Shown piece after piece: positions 33,461-42,132 of a stretch of 64,000 nucleotides of DNA. A model generated the notes under the pieces. The model worked only from the letters and a program-made list of their open reading frames with translations, ran no database searches and was not told where the DNA came from. Source of the stretch: an uncultured Acidobacteriota bacterium (GTDB lineage: Bacteria > Acidobacteriota > Thermoanaerobaculia > UBA5066 > DATFVB01); contig CAWEYG010000003.1 of NCBI GenBank assembly GCA_963813155.1, forward strand, positions 896,001-960,000, given 5' to 3'. The first letter of the stretch is position 1; each line of letters starts with the position of its first letter. A program made the translations under genes and the position numbers.

Positions 33461-34393
33461 ATGCCGAATCCGGAAAACGCCGCAATCCTCTGCCGCGACC
33501 TCAAGAAGGCCTTCGGGTCCGTTCAGGCCGTCGCCGGCGTCGACCTGACGGTGGCGCCGGGCGAGTGCTTCGGCCTACTCGGCCCCAACGGCGCCGGCAA
33601 GACGACGACGATCGAGATCCTCGAGGGGCTCACGCGGCGGGACGGCGGGGACGTGGCGATCCTCGGCCTCCGGTGGGAGGACAACCCCGTCGCCATCCGC
33701 CGCCGGATCGGAGTCTCGCTTCAGGAATCGCGAACCACGGAAAAGCTCTCCGTTTTCGAGACGCTGCGCCTCTTTCGATCCTTCTACGATCGCGGGATCG
33801 ACCCGGAAGAGGCGATGCGCTTTCTTTCGCTCGAGGAGAAACGCGACACGTGGGTCGTCAAGCTCTCCGGGGGACAAAGGCAGAGGCTCGCGGTCGCCTG
33901 CGCGCTCGTGGGCGATCCGGAAGTCCTCTTTCTCGACGAGCCGACGACGGGTCTCGACCCGCAGAGCCGCCTTCAGTTGTGGGACCGCATCCAGGCCCTC
34001 AAGGACCGCGGCAAGACCGTGCTGCTGACGACACACTACATGGAAGAGGCCGAGCGTCTCTGCGAACGGGTCGCGATCATGGATCACGGAAAGATCATCG
34101 CGGAGGGAACGCCCCCGGAGCTCATCGGCCGGCTCCAGGCGTCGAATATCCTGGAGTTCTCCACCGAGCCCGCGATGGCGGAGGCCGACGTGCACGGGAT
34201 CGCGGGCGCCCGCGAGGCGCGCGCGCGCGACGCCGGGTGGCTCGTCTCGGTCGATTCCCTCGTCGAAGCGATTCCCTCGCTCTTTCCGATCCTCGACCGA
34301 GCGGGAACGCGGCTCGTCACGCTCTCGACCCACCGCGCGACGCTCGAGGACGTGTTCGTGAGCATGACGGGAAGGGAGTTGAGAGATGAGTAA
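33461..34393 (+). CDS. ABC-2 exporter ATP-binding protein
   Basis: GPNGAGKTT, LSGGQRQR, LDEPTTGLD, TTHYMEEA. Confidence 0.95.
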   Translation: MPNPENAAILCRDLKKAFGSVQAVAGVDLTVAPGECFGLLGPNGAGKTTTIEILEGLTRRDGGDVAILGLRWEDNPVAIRRRIGVSLQESRTTEKLSVFETLRLFRSFYDRGIDPEEAMRFLSLEEKRDTWVVKLSGGQRQRLAVACALVGDPEVLFLDEPTTGLDPQSRLQLWDRIQALKDRGKTVLLTTHYMEEAERLCERVAIMDHGKIIAEGTPPELIGRLQASNILEFSTEPAMAEADVHGIAGAREARARDAGWLVSVDSLVEAIPSLFPILDRAGTRLVTLSTHRATLEDVFVSMTGRELRDE

Positions 34394-35429
34394 CCGTCCC
34401 GCCTCTCCGCTCCTCGAGCTGACCCGCATCCGCCTCCTCGCGTTCTTCCGCGAGCCCGGCGCCGTGTTCTGGGTGTTCGTCTTCCCCGTCCTCATGGGCC
34501 TTGCCCTCGGTTTCGCGTTTCGCGAGAAACCGCCCGAGAGAATTCCCGTGGGAATCGAGGCGGGGTCGCTTTCTTCCGCCGCGATGGAGTCCGTTTCGAA
34601 AGACCCGGATCTCGCGGTCCAGCAGTTCCTCGACGAGACGGAGGCGCGCCGCGCGCTCACGTTCGGAAAGATCGCCCTGCTCGTCGAGCCGGGGAATCCG
34701 CTGCGATACCGCTACGACCCTACGCGTCCGGACGCCAGAACCGCCCGGCTCGCGCTCGACCGCGCCGTGCAGCGCGCCGCGGGCTCCCGCGATCCCGTCG
34801 CGACCGCGCCGGAGCTCGTGCGGGAGAAGGGCTCCCGCTACATCGATTTCCTCCTGCCCGGCATCCTCGGGTTGAACCTGATGGGCACGGGAATGTGGGG
34901 AATCGGCTTCTCGGTGCTCACTTCGCGAATCAAGAAGACGCTGAAGCTGCTCGCGGCGACGCCGATGAGCAAGCGCGACTACCTCGCGAGCCATCTCCTC
35001 GGCCGCATGGCCTTCCTCGCGTTCGAGGTGCCGCTCATTCTTCTCTTCGGCGTGCTCGTCTTCGGCGTGCCGATCCGCGGGTCTCTGCTGACCCTGGCGG
35101 CGGTCTGTGTCCTCGGCGCGATTTCGTTCTCCGGGATCGGCCTCCTGACGACGGCCCGGGCGACGACGCTCGAGACCGGATCGGGGCTCATGAACCTCGT
35201 CATGATTCCGATGTGGCTGCTCTCGGGTTCGTTCTTTTCCGCCGACCGGTTTCCCCGGGCGATTCAACCGTTCATCCAGGCCCTCCCCCTGACCGCCCTG
35301 AACAACGCGCTTCGGGCGATCATGCTCGAGGGTAGGGGAATCTCCGCGATCGCCGGAGAGTGCGCGATCCTCGCGGCGTGGGGCGTCGTCACGTTCGTCG
35401 TTGCGCTGAAGATCTTCCGCTGGCAATGA
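34386..35429 (+). CDS. ABC-2 type permease
   Basis: FFREP, YIDFLLPG, LSGSFF, LPLT; six TM segments. Confidence 0.9.
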   Translation: MSNRPASPLLELTRIRLLAFFREPGAVFWVFVFPVLMGLALGFAFREKPPERIPVGIEAGSLSSAAMESVSKDPDLAVQQFLDETEARRALTFGKIALLVEPGNPLRYRYDPTRPDARTARLALDRAVQRAAGSRDPVATAPELVREKGSRYIDFLLPGILGLNLMGTGMWGIGFSVLTSRIKKTLKLLAATPMSKRDYLASHLLGRMAFLAFEVPLILLFGVLVFGVPIRGSLLTLAAVCVLGAISFSGIGLLTTARATTLETGSGLMNLVMIPMWLLSGSFFSADRFPRAIQPFIQALPLTALNNALRAIMLEGRGISAIAGECAILAAWGVVTFVVALKIFRWQ

Positions 35430-36439
35430 GCGCGCCCGAGACGCTCGTTCTCGATTCCGCGGCCGTGAAACAGCTGCTCCCGATGAACGAGTGCATCGAC
35501 GCGATGGAGGCCGCGTTCCGCGCGCTGGCGGAGGGCCGGGCTCTGCTTCCGCTGCGGTCGATCCTCTGGGCCCCCGACAAGGCGGGTGCGATCGGGCTCA
35601 TGCCCGGCTATCTCGGAACGACCGCGGGCGGCCTGCTCGGCCTGAAGGCGGTGACGGTCTTCCCCGGAAATCACGGGACGGAGCTGGACTCGCACCAGGG
35701 CGTCGTCCTGCTCTTCGAGGCGCGGAACGGGCGGCTCCTCGCCGTCGTGGACGCGACGCAGATCACCTCCGTTCGAACCGCCGCCGTGAGCGCGCTCGCG
35801 ACGAAGCTCCTCTCCCGGAAGGACGCGTCCGATCTCGCGATCTTCGGCTCCGGGACCCAGGCGCGCACCCATCTCGAGGCGATGCGCGCCGTGCGCGGCA
35901 TCCGGCGCATCCGCGTCTGGAGCCGCAATCCGGACAACGCCCGCGCATTCGCCGAGCGGGAGTCGCAGAGGCACGGAGTGAGGATCGAGACGGCCGAAAC
36001 GCCGAAAAAGGCGGCGCTCGGCGCCGACATCCTCTGCACGGTGACCTCCTCCCGCGAGCCGTTCCTGCGGGGCGAGTGGCTCTCTCCCGGCGCGCACGTG
36101 AACGCCGCCGGGTCGAGCGTCGCGACTTCCCGCGAGCTCGACTCTTCGGCTGTCGCAGGTGCGCGCTATTTCTGCGACCGGCGCGAATCGACGTACGCGG
36201 AGTCGGGGGACTTCCTGTTCGCGAAGCGCGAGGGCGCCGTGACCGACGAGCATGTCCTCGGCGAAATCGGCGAGCTGCTCACGGGTCGTTGCGAGGGAAG
36301 GACGTCGCCGCTGGACGTCACGCTTTTCAAGTCGCTCGGTCTCGCGATCGAAGATCTCGCGGCCGCCGGCCACGTCTACGAGAAGGCGCGAGCGAGCGGG
36401 GCGGGCACCGCTCTTCCGATCGGCGGCGCCCGGGAATGA
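35426..36439 (+). CDS. Ornithine cyclodeaminase/mu-crystallin family protein
   Basis: MPG, LK.VTVFPGN, RTAAVS, GSGTQA, FKSLGLAIED. Confidence 0.9.
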   Translation: MSAPETLVLDSAAVKQLLPMNECIDAMEAAFRALAEGRALLPLRSILWAPDKAGAIGLMPGYLGTTAGGLLGLKAVTVFPGNHGTELDSHQGVVLLFEARNGRLLAVVDATQITSVRTAAVSALATKLLSRKDASDLAIFGSGTQARTHLEAMRAVRGIRRIRVWSRNPDNARAFAERESQRHGVRIETAETPKKAALGADILCTVTSSREPFLRGEWLSPGAHVNAAGSSVATSRELDSSAVAGARYFCDRRESTYAESGDFLFAKREGAVTDEHVLGEIGELLTGRCEGRTSPLDVTLFKSLGLAIEDLAAAGHVYEKARASGAGTALPIGGARE

Positions 36440-37405
36440 AACCCCTCGGCCCGATTCCCCTCGGGGAGATCCGGGCGGCGGCCGAAAGGATCCGGGGATT
36501 CGCCGTCCGAACGCCGGCCGTGCGCCTGAACGCCGACATCTCGGATCGAGACGTCGAGATCTACCTGAAGCTCGAAAACCTCCAGCCCATCGGGTCGTTC
36601 AAGATCCGGGGAGCCTCGAACGCGATGACACTCGCGCCGCGCGAGGCTCTGGCCCGAGGCGTCTACACCGCGAGCGCCGGCAACATGGCCCAGGGCGTCG
36701 CCTACGGCGCGCGGCGGCTCGGACGTCCCGTGCACGGTGATCGTTCCGGAGCACGCGCCCGAGGCGAAGCTCGCGGCGATCACCCGGCTCGGCGGAAAAA
36801 TCGAAAAACTCCCGTTCGACCGGTGGTGGCAGGTGCTCGTCGACCACGGGACTTCCGGCCGCAAAGAGTTCTTCGTGCATCCCGTCAGCGATCCCGCCGT
36901 GATCGCGGGAAACGGAACGATCGGGCTCGAAATTCTCGAAGACGTGCCGGACGCCGACACGATCCTCGTGCCGTACGGCGGCGGAGGGTTGAGCTGCGGA
37001 ATCGCGTCGGCCGTTCGCGCGTTGAAGCCCGACGTCCGCGTCTACGGCTGCGAGGTCGAGACGGCCGCGCCGCTTGCCGCTTCTCTCCCGGCCGGCGAGC
37101 CCCGGGATGTCTCCTACACGCCGAGCTTCGTCGACGGGATCGGGGCGCGCGGCCTTCTGGCCGAGATGTGGCCCCTCGTTCGCGAGCTCCTCTCCGGATC
37201 GATCGTCTCGAGCGTTTCGGACATTGCCGCGGCCGTGAAACTCGTGGCCGAGCGCAACCGAGTGATTGCCGAAGGCGCCGCCGGCGCGGCCGTCGCGGCG
37301 GCCCTGTCCGGAAAGGTCCCGGGAAGGAAGATCGTGTGCGTCGTCTCGGGAGGAAACATCGACTCCGCGAAGCTCGCGGACATCCTGAACGGAGAGATCC
37401 CCTAG
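36436..37405 (+). CDS. PLP-dependent threonine/serine dehydratase family (frameshift near 36725)
   Basis: KLENLQPIGSFKIRG, SAGNMAQG, GNGTIGLE, PYGGGGL, SGGNID. Confidence 0.88.
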
Positions 37406-37412
37406 GGAGGGA

Positions 37413-37799
37413 TCAGCCGAACAGGACCCACCGTCCGCCGCCGGTCGCGATGACGACGAGGTTCATGACGACGAGCATCAGGTCGTAGTGCCAGCCGTTC
37501 CCCTTTTTGCCCCAGAAACCCGTGTGCCAGACGAAGATTTTCTTCTGGATCGCGCCGAGCATCACGAGGATCAGGCCGGCCGCCGCGAATTGAGAGAGCA
37601 CGCCGAACGCGACACCGAGGCTGCCCGCGAGCTCGGCGACGCCGAGAAACCGCGTGAAATTCGGGCTCATGCCAATGTTCTCGGCTCGTTTCACGGGATC
37701 GCTCGCGTGGCCCCATCCGCTCCAGCCGAACACGATCGCGATCATGAGCCGCAGCGCCAGGAGGGCAGCGTCGGCGCAGGCGGCCGGAAGGTGGATCAT
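37413..37799 (-). CDS. DoxX family membrane protein
   Basis: LRL..F..SG..H, AELAGSL, GGGRW. Confidence 0.8.
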   Translation of the reverse strand: MIHLPAACADAALLALRLMIAIVFGWSGWGHASDPVKRAENIGMSPNFTRFLGVAELAGSLGVAFGVLSQFAAAGLILVMLGAIQKKIFVWHTGFWGKKGNGWHYDLMLVVMNLVVIATGGGRWVLFG

Positions 37800-37808
37800 C
37801 GATCCAGT

Positions 37809-38723
37809 CTATCTCCCCTCGCCCGAACTCCCCTTGCGCTCCTCCAGCTCCTCGAGAGTCTTCGGCCAGTCGGCGCGCAGGAGCCGGGAGAGCGCGCGGT
37901 CGGCGAGCAGCCGCCCTCCGGTCTGACATTGCGGGCAATAGTTCGCCTCGTTCTCCGCGTACACGATTCGCTGGACGGGAGTTCCGCACGCGGGACACGG
38001 CTTTCCATACCGGCCATGGACCGCCATTCCCTCCCGAAACGCCGTGACCTTTTCCGGCAGGCTTCCGCCGGACTCGCGGCGCAGGCGGTCGGTCCACTGT
38101 TCGAGCGTTTGCCGCGCCGCGTCTCCGAGACGGCCGGCCTCCTCCGGCGAGAGCTTCGAGGTCAGCTTCAGGGGCGAGAGACGCGCGGCGTGGAGGATCT
38201 CGTCCGAATACGCGTTTCCGATCCCGGAAAAAAGACGCGGGTCGGTGAGCGCGCGCTTGAGCGTGTGGTTTTCCGAACGGAGCGCGGCCTCGAACTCCTT
38301 CGGAGTGGCGCCGAGCGGCTCGATCCCGCCGCGCGACAACGCGGCGAGGGACTCGCCTCCCGAGACGAGGTGAATCGACGCGCGCTTCTTCTGGCTCGCC
38401 TCCGTCAGGAGGAGCGTGCCGCGCTCGAAATCGAGCGCGGCCAGGTGGATCCGGCCGCCGATCTTCGCGCCGCGCGGCTTCCAATGGAAGCGGCCGGCGA
38501 TCATCAGGTGGACAACGAGGAAGAGATCCCCCTCCAGAGCGAACACGATCCGCTTCCCGAGCCTCGAGACGGACAGGATCTTCTTCCCTTCGGCGGACCC
38601 GATGGGAGGATCGAACGAACGCACGACGAACGGGCTCTTGATCCGGATTTTCTCGAGGATCTTCCCTGCGAGCATTTTGTCGAGGGTCTCGACGTAGACG
38701 ACGACGTCCGGCAACTCCGGCAT
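37809..38723 (-). CDS. Fpg/Nei family DNA glycosylase
   Basis: MPELPDV, RLGK, HLMIAG, GIGNAYSDE, C-terminal CPAC..CPQCQ Zn finger. Confidence 0.9.
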   Translation of the reverse strand: MPELPDVVVYVETLDKMLAGKILEKIRIKSPFVVRSFDPPIGSAEGKKILSVSRLGKRIVFALEGDLFLVVHLMIAGRFHWKPRGAKIGGRIHLAALDFERGTLLLTEASQKKRASIHLVSGGESLAALSRGGIEPLGATPKEFEAALRSENHTLKRALTDPRLFSGIGNAYSDEILHAARLSPLKLTSKLSPEEAGRLGDAARQTLEQWTDRLRRESGGSLPEKVTAFREGMAVHGRYGKPCPACGTPVQRIVYAENEANYCPQCQTGGRLLADRALSRLLRADWPKTLEELEERKGSSGEGR

Positions 38724-38779
38724 GTGGAGAATGCTGTCACAAGAGAGCCTTGATGGAATAATCGAGTCATGGTGCGTCC

Positions 38780-39555
38780 ATGAGCCCCTGGCAAATCGGG
38801 ACGATGCTCGCTTCCGCGGCCGCGGCGGGAATGATGAACGCGATGGCGGGCGGCGGCACGATCCTGACGTTCCCGGTCCTCCTTCTTCTCGGCGAATCGG
38901 CGATCACCGCGAACGCGACCTCGACCGTCGCACTCCTGCCGGGAGCGGCCGCGAGCATGGCGGGTTACCGCCGCGAGGTCGCCGACCACCGCCGCTGGCT
39001 GAAGACGCTTCTCCTTCCGAGCCTCATCGGCGGCGCGATCGGCTCGGTGCTGCTGCTCCGGACGCCCGAGCATGCGTTCGAGAAAGCTCGCTCCGTTTCT
39101 CATCCTCTTCGCGACGCTGCTTTTCCTCGTCCAGGGAGTGATTTCCCGCTGGAGCCGGGCTCACCATCCCGAGCGGCCGTCGCGCGCGCGGTTCGTTGCG
39201 ATCTCGCTCGTGCAGTTCGGGGTCGCGATCTACGGCGGATACTTCGGCGCGGGGATCGGCATTCTGATGCTGGCGGCGCTGGGGTTCCTCGGGCTCTCCG
39301 ACATCCATGCGATGAACGGCCTCAAGAACTTCTTCGGCATGTGCGTCAACGCCGTCGCCGCGGCGCTACTTCATCTTTCGCGGCGCGGTCGACTGGCCCG
39401 CGGCTCTCCTCATGGCGGGCGCGGCGATCGCGGGAGGCTACGGCGGGGCGAGATTCGCCCGCCGGATCGGCCGCGATCGCGCGAGGAAGGCCGTCGTCGT
39501 CATCGGTTTCGCGATCACCGCGCTTCTGCTCCTTCGAAGAGGGCTATGGAAATAA
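38780..39555 (+). CDS. TSUP/TauE sulfite exporter family (two frameshifts, near 39090 and 39370)
   Basis: NAMAGGGTILTFP, ANATST, YGGYFGAGIG, NGLKN. Confidence 0.85.
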
Positions 39556-39594
39556 CGACAGCGGCGATGGATCTCGAACGGAGGACGCCGGCCT

Positions 39595-40353
39595 TCAGTA
39601 TCCGAGCGCTCTGGGCACGAAGGTTCCCAGGAGATAGCCGCCGCCTCCGGTGAATGCTCCAACGGCGAGGACCTCGATCGCGCTTCGCACAAGGTTGATT
39701 TTTGCCAGCTGCCCTCGAACGCATCCAATGCCGGCCAGCACGAGAAAGGTCAATCCGACCGAGACGGGAAGGGCCGCGTGGACCGGAAGGAGAAAATACG
39801 GCAAGAGCGGGACGAGCGAGCCGATGAGATACGACGTGCCGATGGTGATCCCTTCGGCGATCTGAACGGTTTTCGGCTCGGAGTCGATCCCGAGCTCTTT
39901 TTCCATCATCGTCCTCGCAAAAGCGGTGGGACTCGCCTGAAGTTTTCCCGCGATCAGTTGGGCGTCTGCTTTTTGCACCCCTTCGTTCTCGAAAAGAAGC
40001 GCGAGCTCCTCCCGCTCGTATTCAGGATTTTCCCGGATGCTGCGGTGTTCTGCCTGGATTTCCGACTGCTGGACCTGCGCTTCGGCACGGTTCGAGAGAA
40101 ACTCGCCGGCTCCCATCGAGAGCGCCCCGGCGAACGCTTCCGCGAGGCCGGCGGCGATGACGGCCCGGATGCTCCCGGTGCCCCCCGCCATGGCACTGAC
40201 AACCCCGAGCGGGACCAATAACCCGTCCATTGAGCCGAAAACGAATTGCCGAATCCGGCCTCGACGTTCGACCCGAGCCCTTTCGCCGAGAATCTTTCTC
40301 TTCTCGGCGGCTGATATCTCCGCCATGTTCATCCCCCGTTCAAGACAGTCCAT
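39595..40353 (-). CDS. VIT1/CCC1 family Fe2+/Mn2+ transporter
   Basis: FVFGSMDG, AGALSMGAGEFLS, E..E cytosolic segment, EKELG, GSLVPLLPY. Confidence 0.9.
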   Translation of the reverse strand: MDCLERGMNMAEISAAEKRKILGERARVERRGRIRQFVFGSMDGLLVPLGVVSAMAGGTGSIRAVIAAGLAEAFAGALSMGAGEFLSNRAEAQVQQSEIQAEHRSIRENPEYEREELALLFENEGVQKADAQLIAGKLQASPTAFARTMMEKELGIDSEPKTVQIAEGITIGTSYLIGSLVPLLPYFLLPVHAALPVSVGLTFLVLAGIGCVRGQLAKINLVRSAIEVLAVGAFTGGGGYLLGTFVPRALGY

Positions 40354-40379
40354 TTCACACCCGGCGCGGAAACGCGCCT

Positions 40380-40423
40380 CGATGTATTTGCATCAGGCAA
40401 GGGCAGGACGGCGTGGCTATGGT
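40380..40423 (+). promoter_or_regulatory. 7-2-7 palindromic operator plus -10 box
   Basis: CGATGTATTTGCATCA (40380-40395), 22 nt spacer, TATGGT (40418-40423). Confidence 0.6.
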
Positions 40424-40442
40424 CGGAGGCGGAGGAAACGCC

Positions 40443-41702
40443 ATGATGTCAGCCGTCGAGCTCGAGATCGAGCTCTTTTGCCGCGGAATTCGCGTTCGTC
40501 TGGAGGATCTCCGGGGCGAGGACGCCCGCCGCATCGCGCGGACAAGAGCCGGCCTCGGCTCGGGTCTCGAGCTCGTGATCCCGAACCGGAAAAAGAAGAT
40601 ATGGGTCAACGTTCCCGTCGCCGAGCCGTTCGCCGGGAAATCGCCGTTCCTCCTGGTCACGACGGGGAAGGTCCCGTTCGTCCACGACGAGCGGAACGGA
40701 GCCGAGTATCCCGTCGAAATCCCTTCTGAGCCGGCCTGGTACTCGCGAAGCACTGCTTCCGGGGTCGAAATGAGCCGAATCGGCGTGCTACAGGGGAACT
40801 ATCTCGGCATTTACGTTTCCAACGCGTGCCTCTACTGGGCCTCGAGCCCTTCCCGCGCGTGCAAGTTCTGCACGACGGGAAGAAACCTCGGGGTCTCGGA
40901 ACAATCGCGAAAGAAGGTCGAAGACGTCGTCGAGGTGGCCCGAGCGGCTCGGAAAGAATCCGGCTCGATTTTCACCCACTTCAACACCGGCTACCACTAC
41001 GAAGAGGTCGACCGGCTCGAGCCCATCCACGGCCTCCGGCAGGCGGAACCGTTCGTTCGCGCCGTTCGTCGGGAGGTCGGTGGATTCATCGGAGTGCAGG
41101 CGCATCCGGTGCCCCGTCGCAAGTTCGGCGAGTATGACGCGTTGATCGAGGCCGGCACGGACCACTTCTCGTTCTGCTATGAATTCGAAGACCCGGAAAC
41201 GTTTGCGCGGCTGTGCCCCGGCAAGGCGCAGACCGTCGGCCAGAAGGGTTTCTTCGAAGCGATGGAGTACACGGCGGCCGCGCTCGGCCGCGGACGCGTG
41301 TCGGGGGAGATCATCGCGGGTCCCGAGTCGATCGACGCGACCAAGCGCGGCATCGACCGGATCGTCGACGCGGGAGCTTTCCCGACCGTCTGCATCTTCC
41401 GCCCGACGCTCGGGAGCGAAATGGAGAACGTTCCGCCGCCGGATCCCGAGGCGATGAAAGAAGTCTTCGCATACCTGTATTCCGCCTGCCGCCGCGCCGG
41501 ACTGCCGATCGGCATCCTCCCGATCGAAGTTTCCCTCGTCGTTCAGCCGGAGGAGGCCGTCGAGCTCGTCAAAGACGGATTTTCGACGCGAGTGTACGAG
41601 GCAAAGCTTTCGTTGATTCGGACCCTCGCGAAGCCCTACATCGCTTGGAAGACGAGGCTCCGCGCTGCGTCGAGCCCTCGAGCTAATTCCCCGGCCTCCT
41701 GA
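40443..41702 (+). CDS. Radical SAM protein with non-canonical CX10CX2C motif
   Basis: CLYWASSPSRACKFC, TIM-barrel-like core, CPGK, IIAGPES, FRPT.GS. Confidence 0.8.
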   Translation: MMSAVELEIELFCRGIRVRLEDLRGEDARRIARTRAGLGSGLELVIPNRKKKIWVNVPVAEPFAGKSPFLLVTTGKVPFVHDERNGAEYPVEIPSEPAWYSRSTASGVEMSRIGVLQGNYLGIYVSNACLYWASSPSRACKFCTTGRNLGVSEQSRKKVEDVVEVARAARKESGSIFTHFNTGYHYEEVDRLEPIHGLRQAEPFVRAVRREVGGFIGVQAHPVPRRKFGEYDALIEAGTDHFSFCYEFEDPETFARLCPGKAQTVGQKGFFEAMEYTAAALGRGRVSGEIIAGPESIDATKRGIDRIVDAGAFPTVCIFRPTLGSEMENVPPPDPEAMKEVFAYLYSACRRAGLPIGILPIEVSLVVQPEEAVELVKDGFSTRVYEAKLSLIRTLAKPYIAWKTRLRAASSPRANSPAS

Positions 41703-42132
41703 GCGTCCTCATGTAACGCACGACTTCCAGGATCTGGCGATCCGAAAGTGTGCGTCCGTACGGAGGCATAAGCGGAGAAAGGCCGATGCCGTTGCCACCG
41801 CGTCGGACCGCGTCCTCGAGCTGCTCGTCGAGGCGGCTCTTCTGGAACGCGGGGTCCGAGAGATCCTTTGGCTTCGGATCGAGGTTGAACGCATTGAAGC
41901 CGTCGCCCGCCCCGGTCTCGCCATGGCAGGTCTGGCAGTAGTAGGCAAAGACCATTTTCGCCAGCCGCAGCTCGTAGGAGGCCGAAGGGGCGGGGGATGG
42001 GGCCTCGGGGCTCTGCAGGTTGTTCGCGACGTTGGCAGCCACGTTTTTCGAGACCCGCGCGCCGACCGACCGCCGGCCGCATCCGGAGCCGGAAATCAGG
42101 ATGAGCGCGGCCGCGAGAAGTCGCGCCTTCAT
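41683..42132 (-). CDS. Monoheme c-type cytochrome, probable lipoprotein
   Basis: Lipobox-like SGSGC; CQTCH..G.GDG..PKPKDLSD..MPPYG. Confidence 0.88.
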   Translation of the reverse strand: MKARLLAAALILISGSGCGRRSVGARVSKNVAANVANNLQSPEAPSPAPSASYELRLAKMVFAYYCQTCHGETGAGDGFNAFNLDPKPKDLSDPAFQKSRLDEQLEDAVRRGGNGIGLSPLMPPYGRTLSDRQILEVVRYMRTLRRPGN

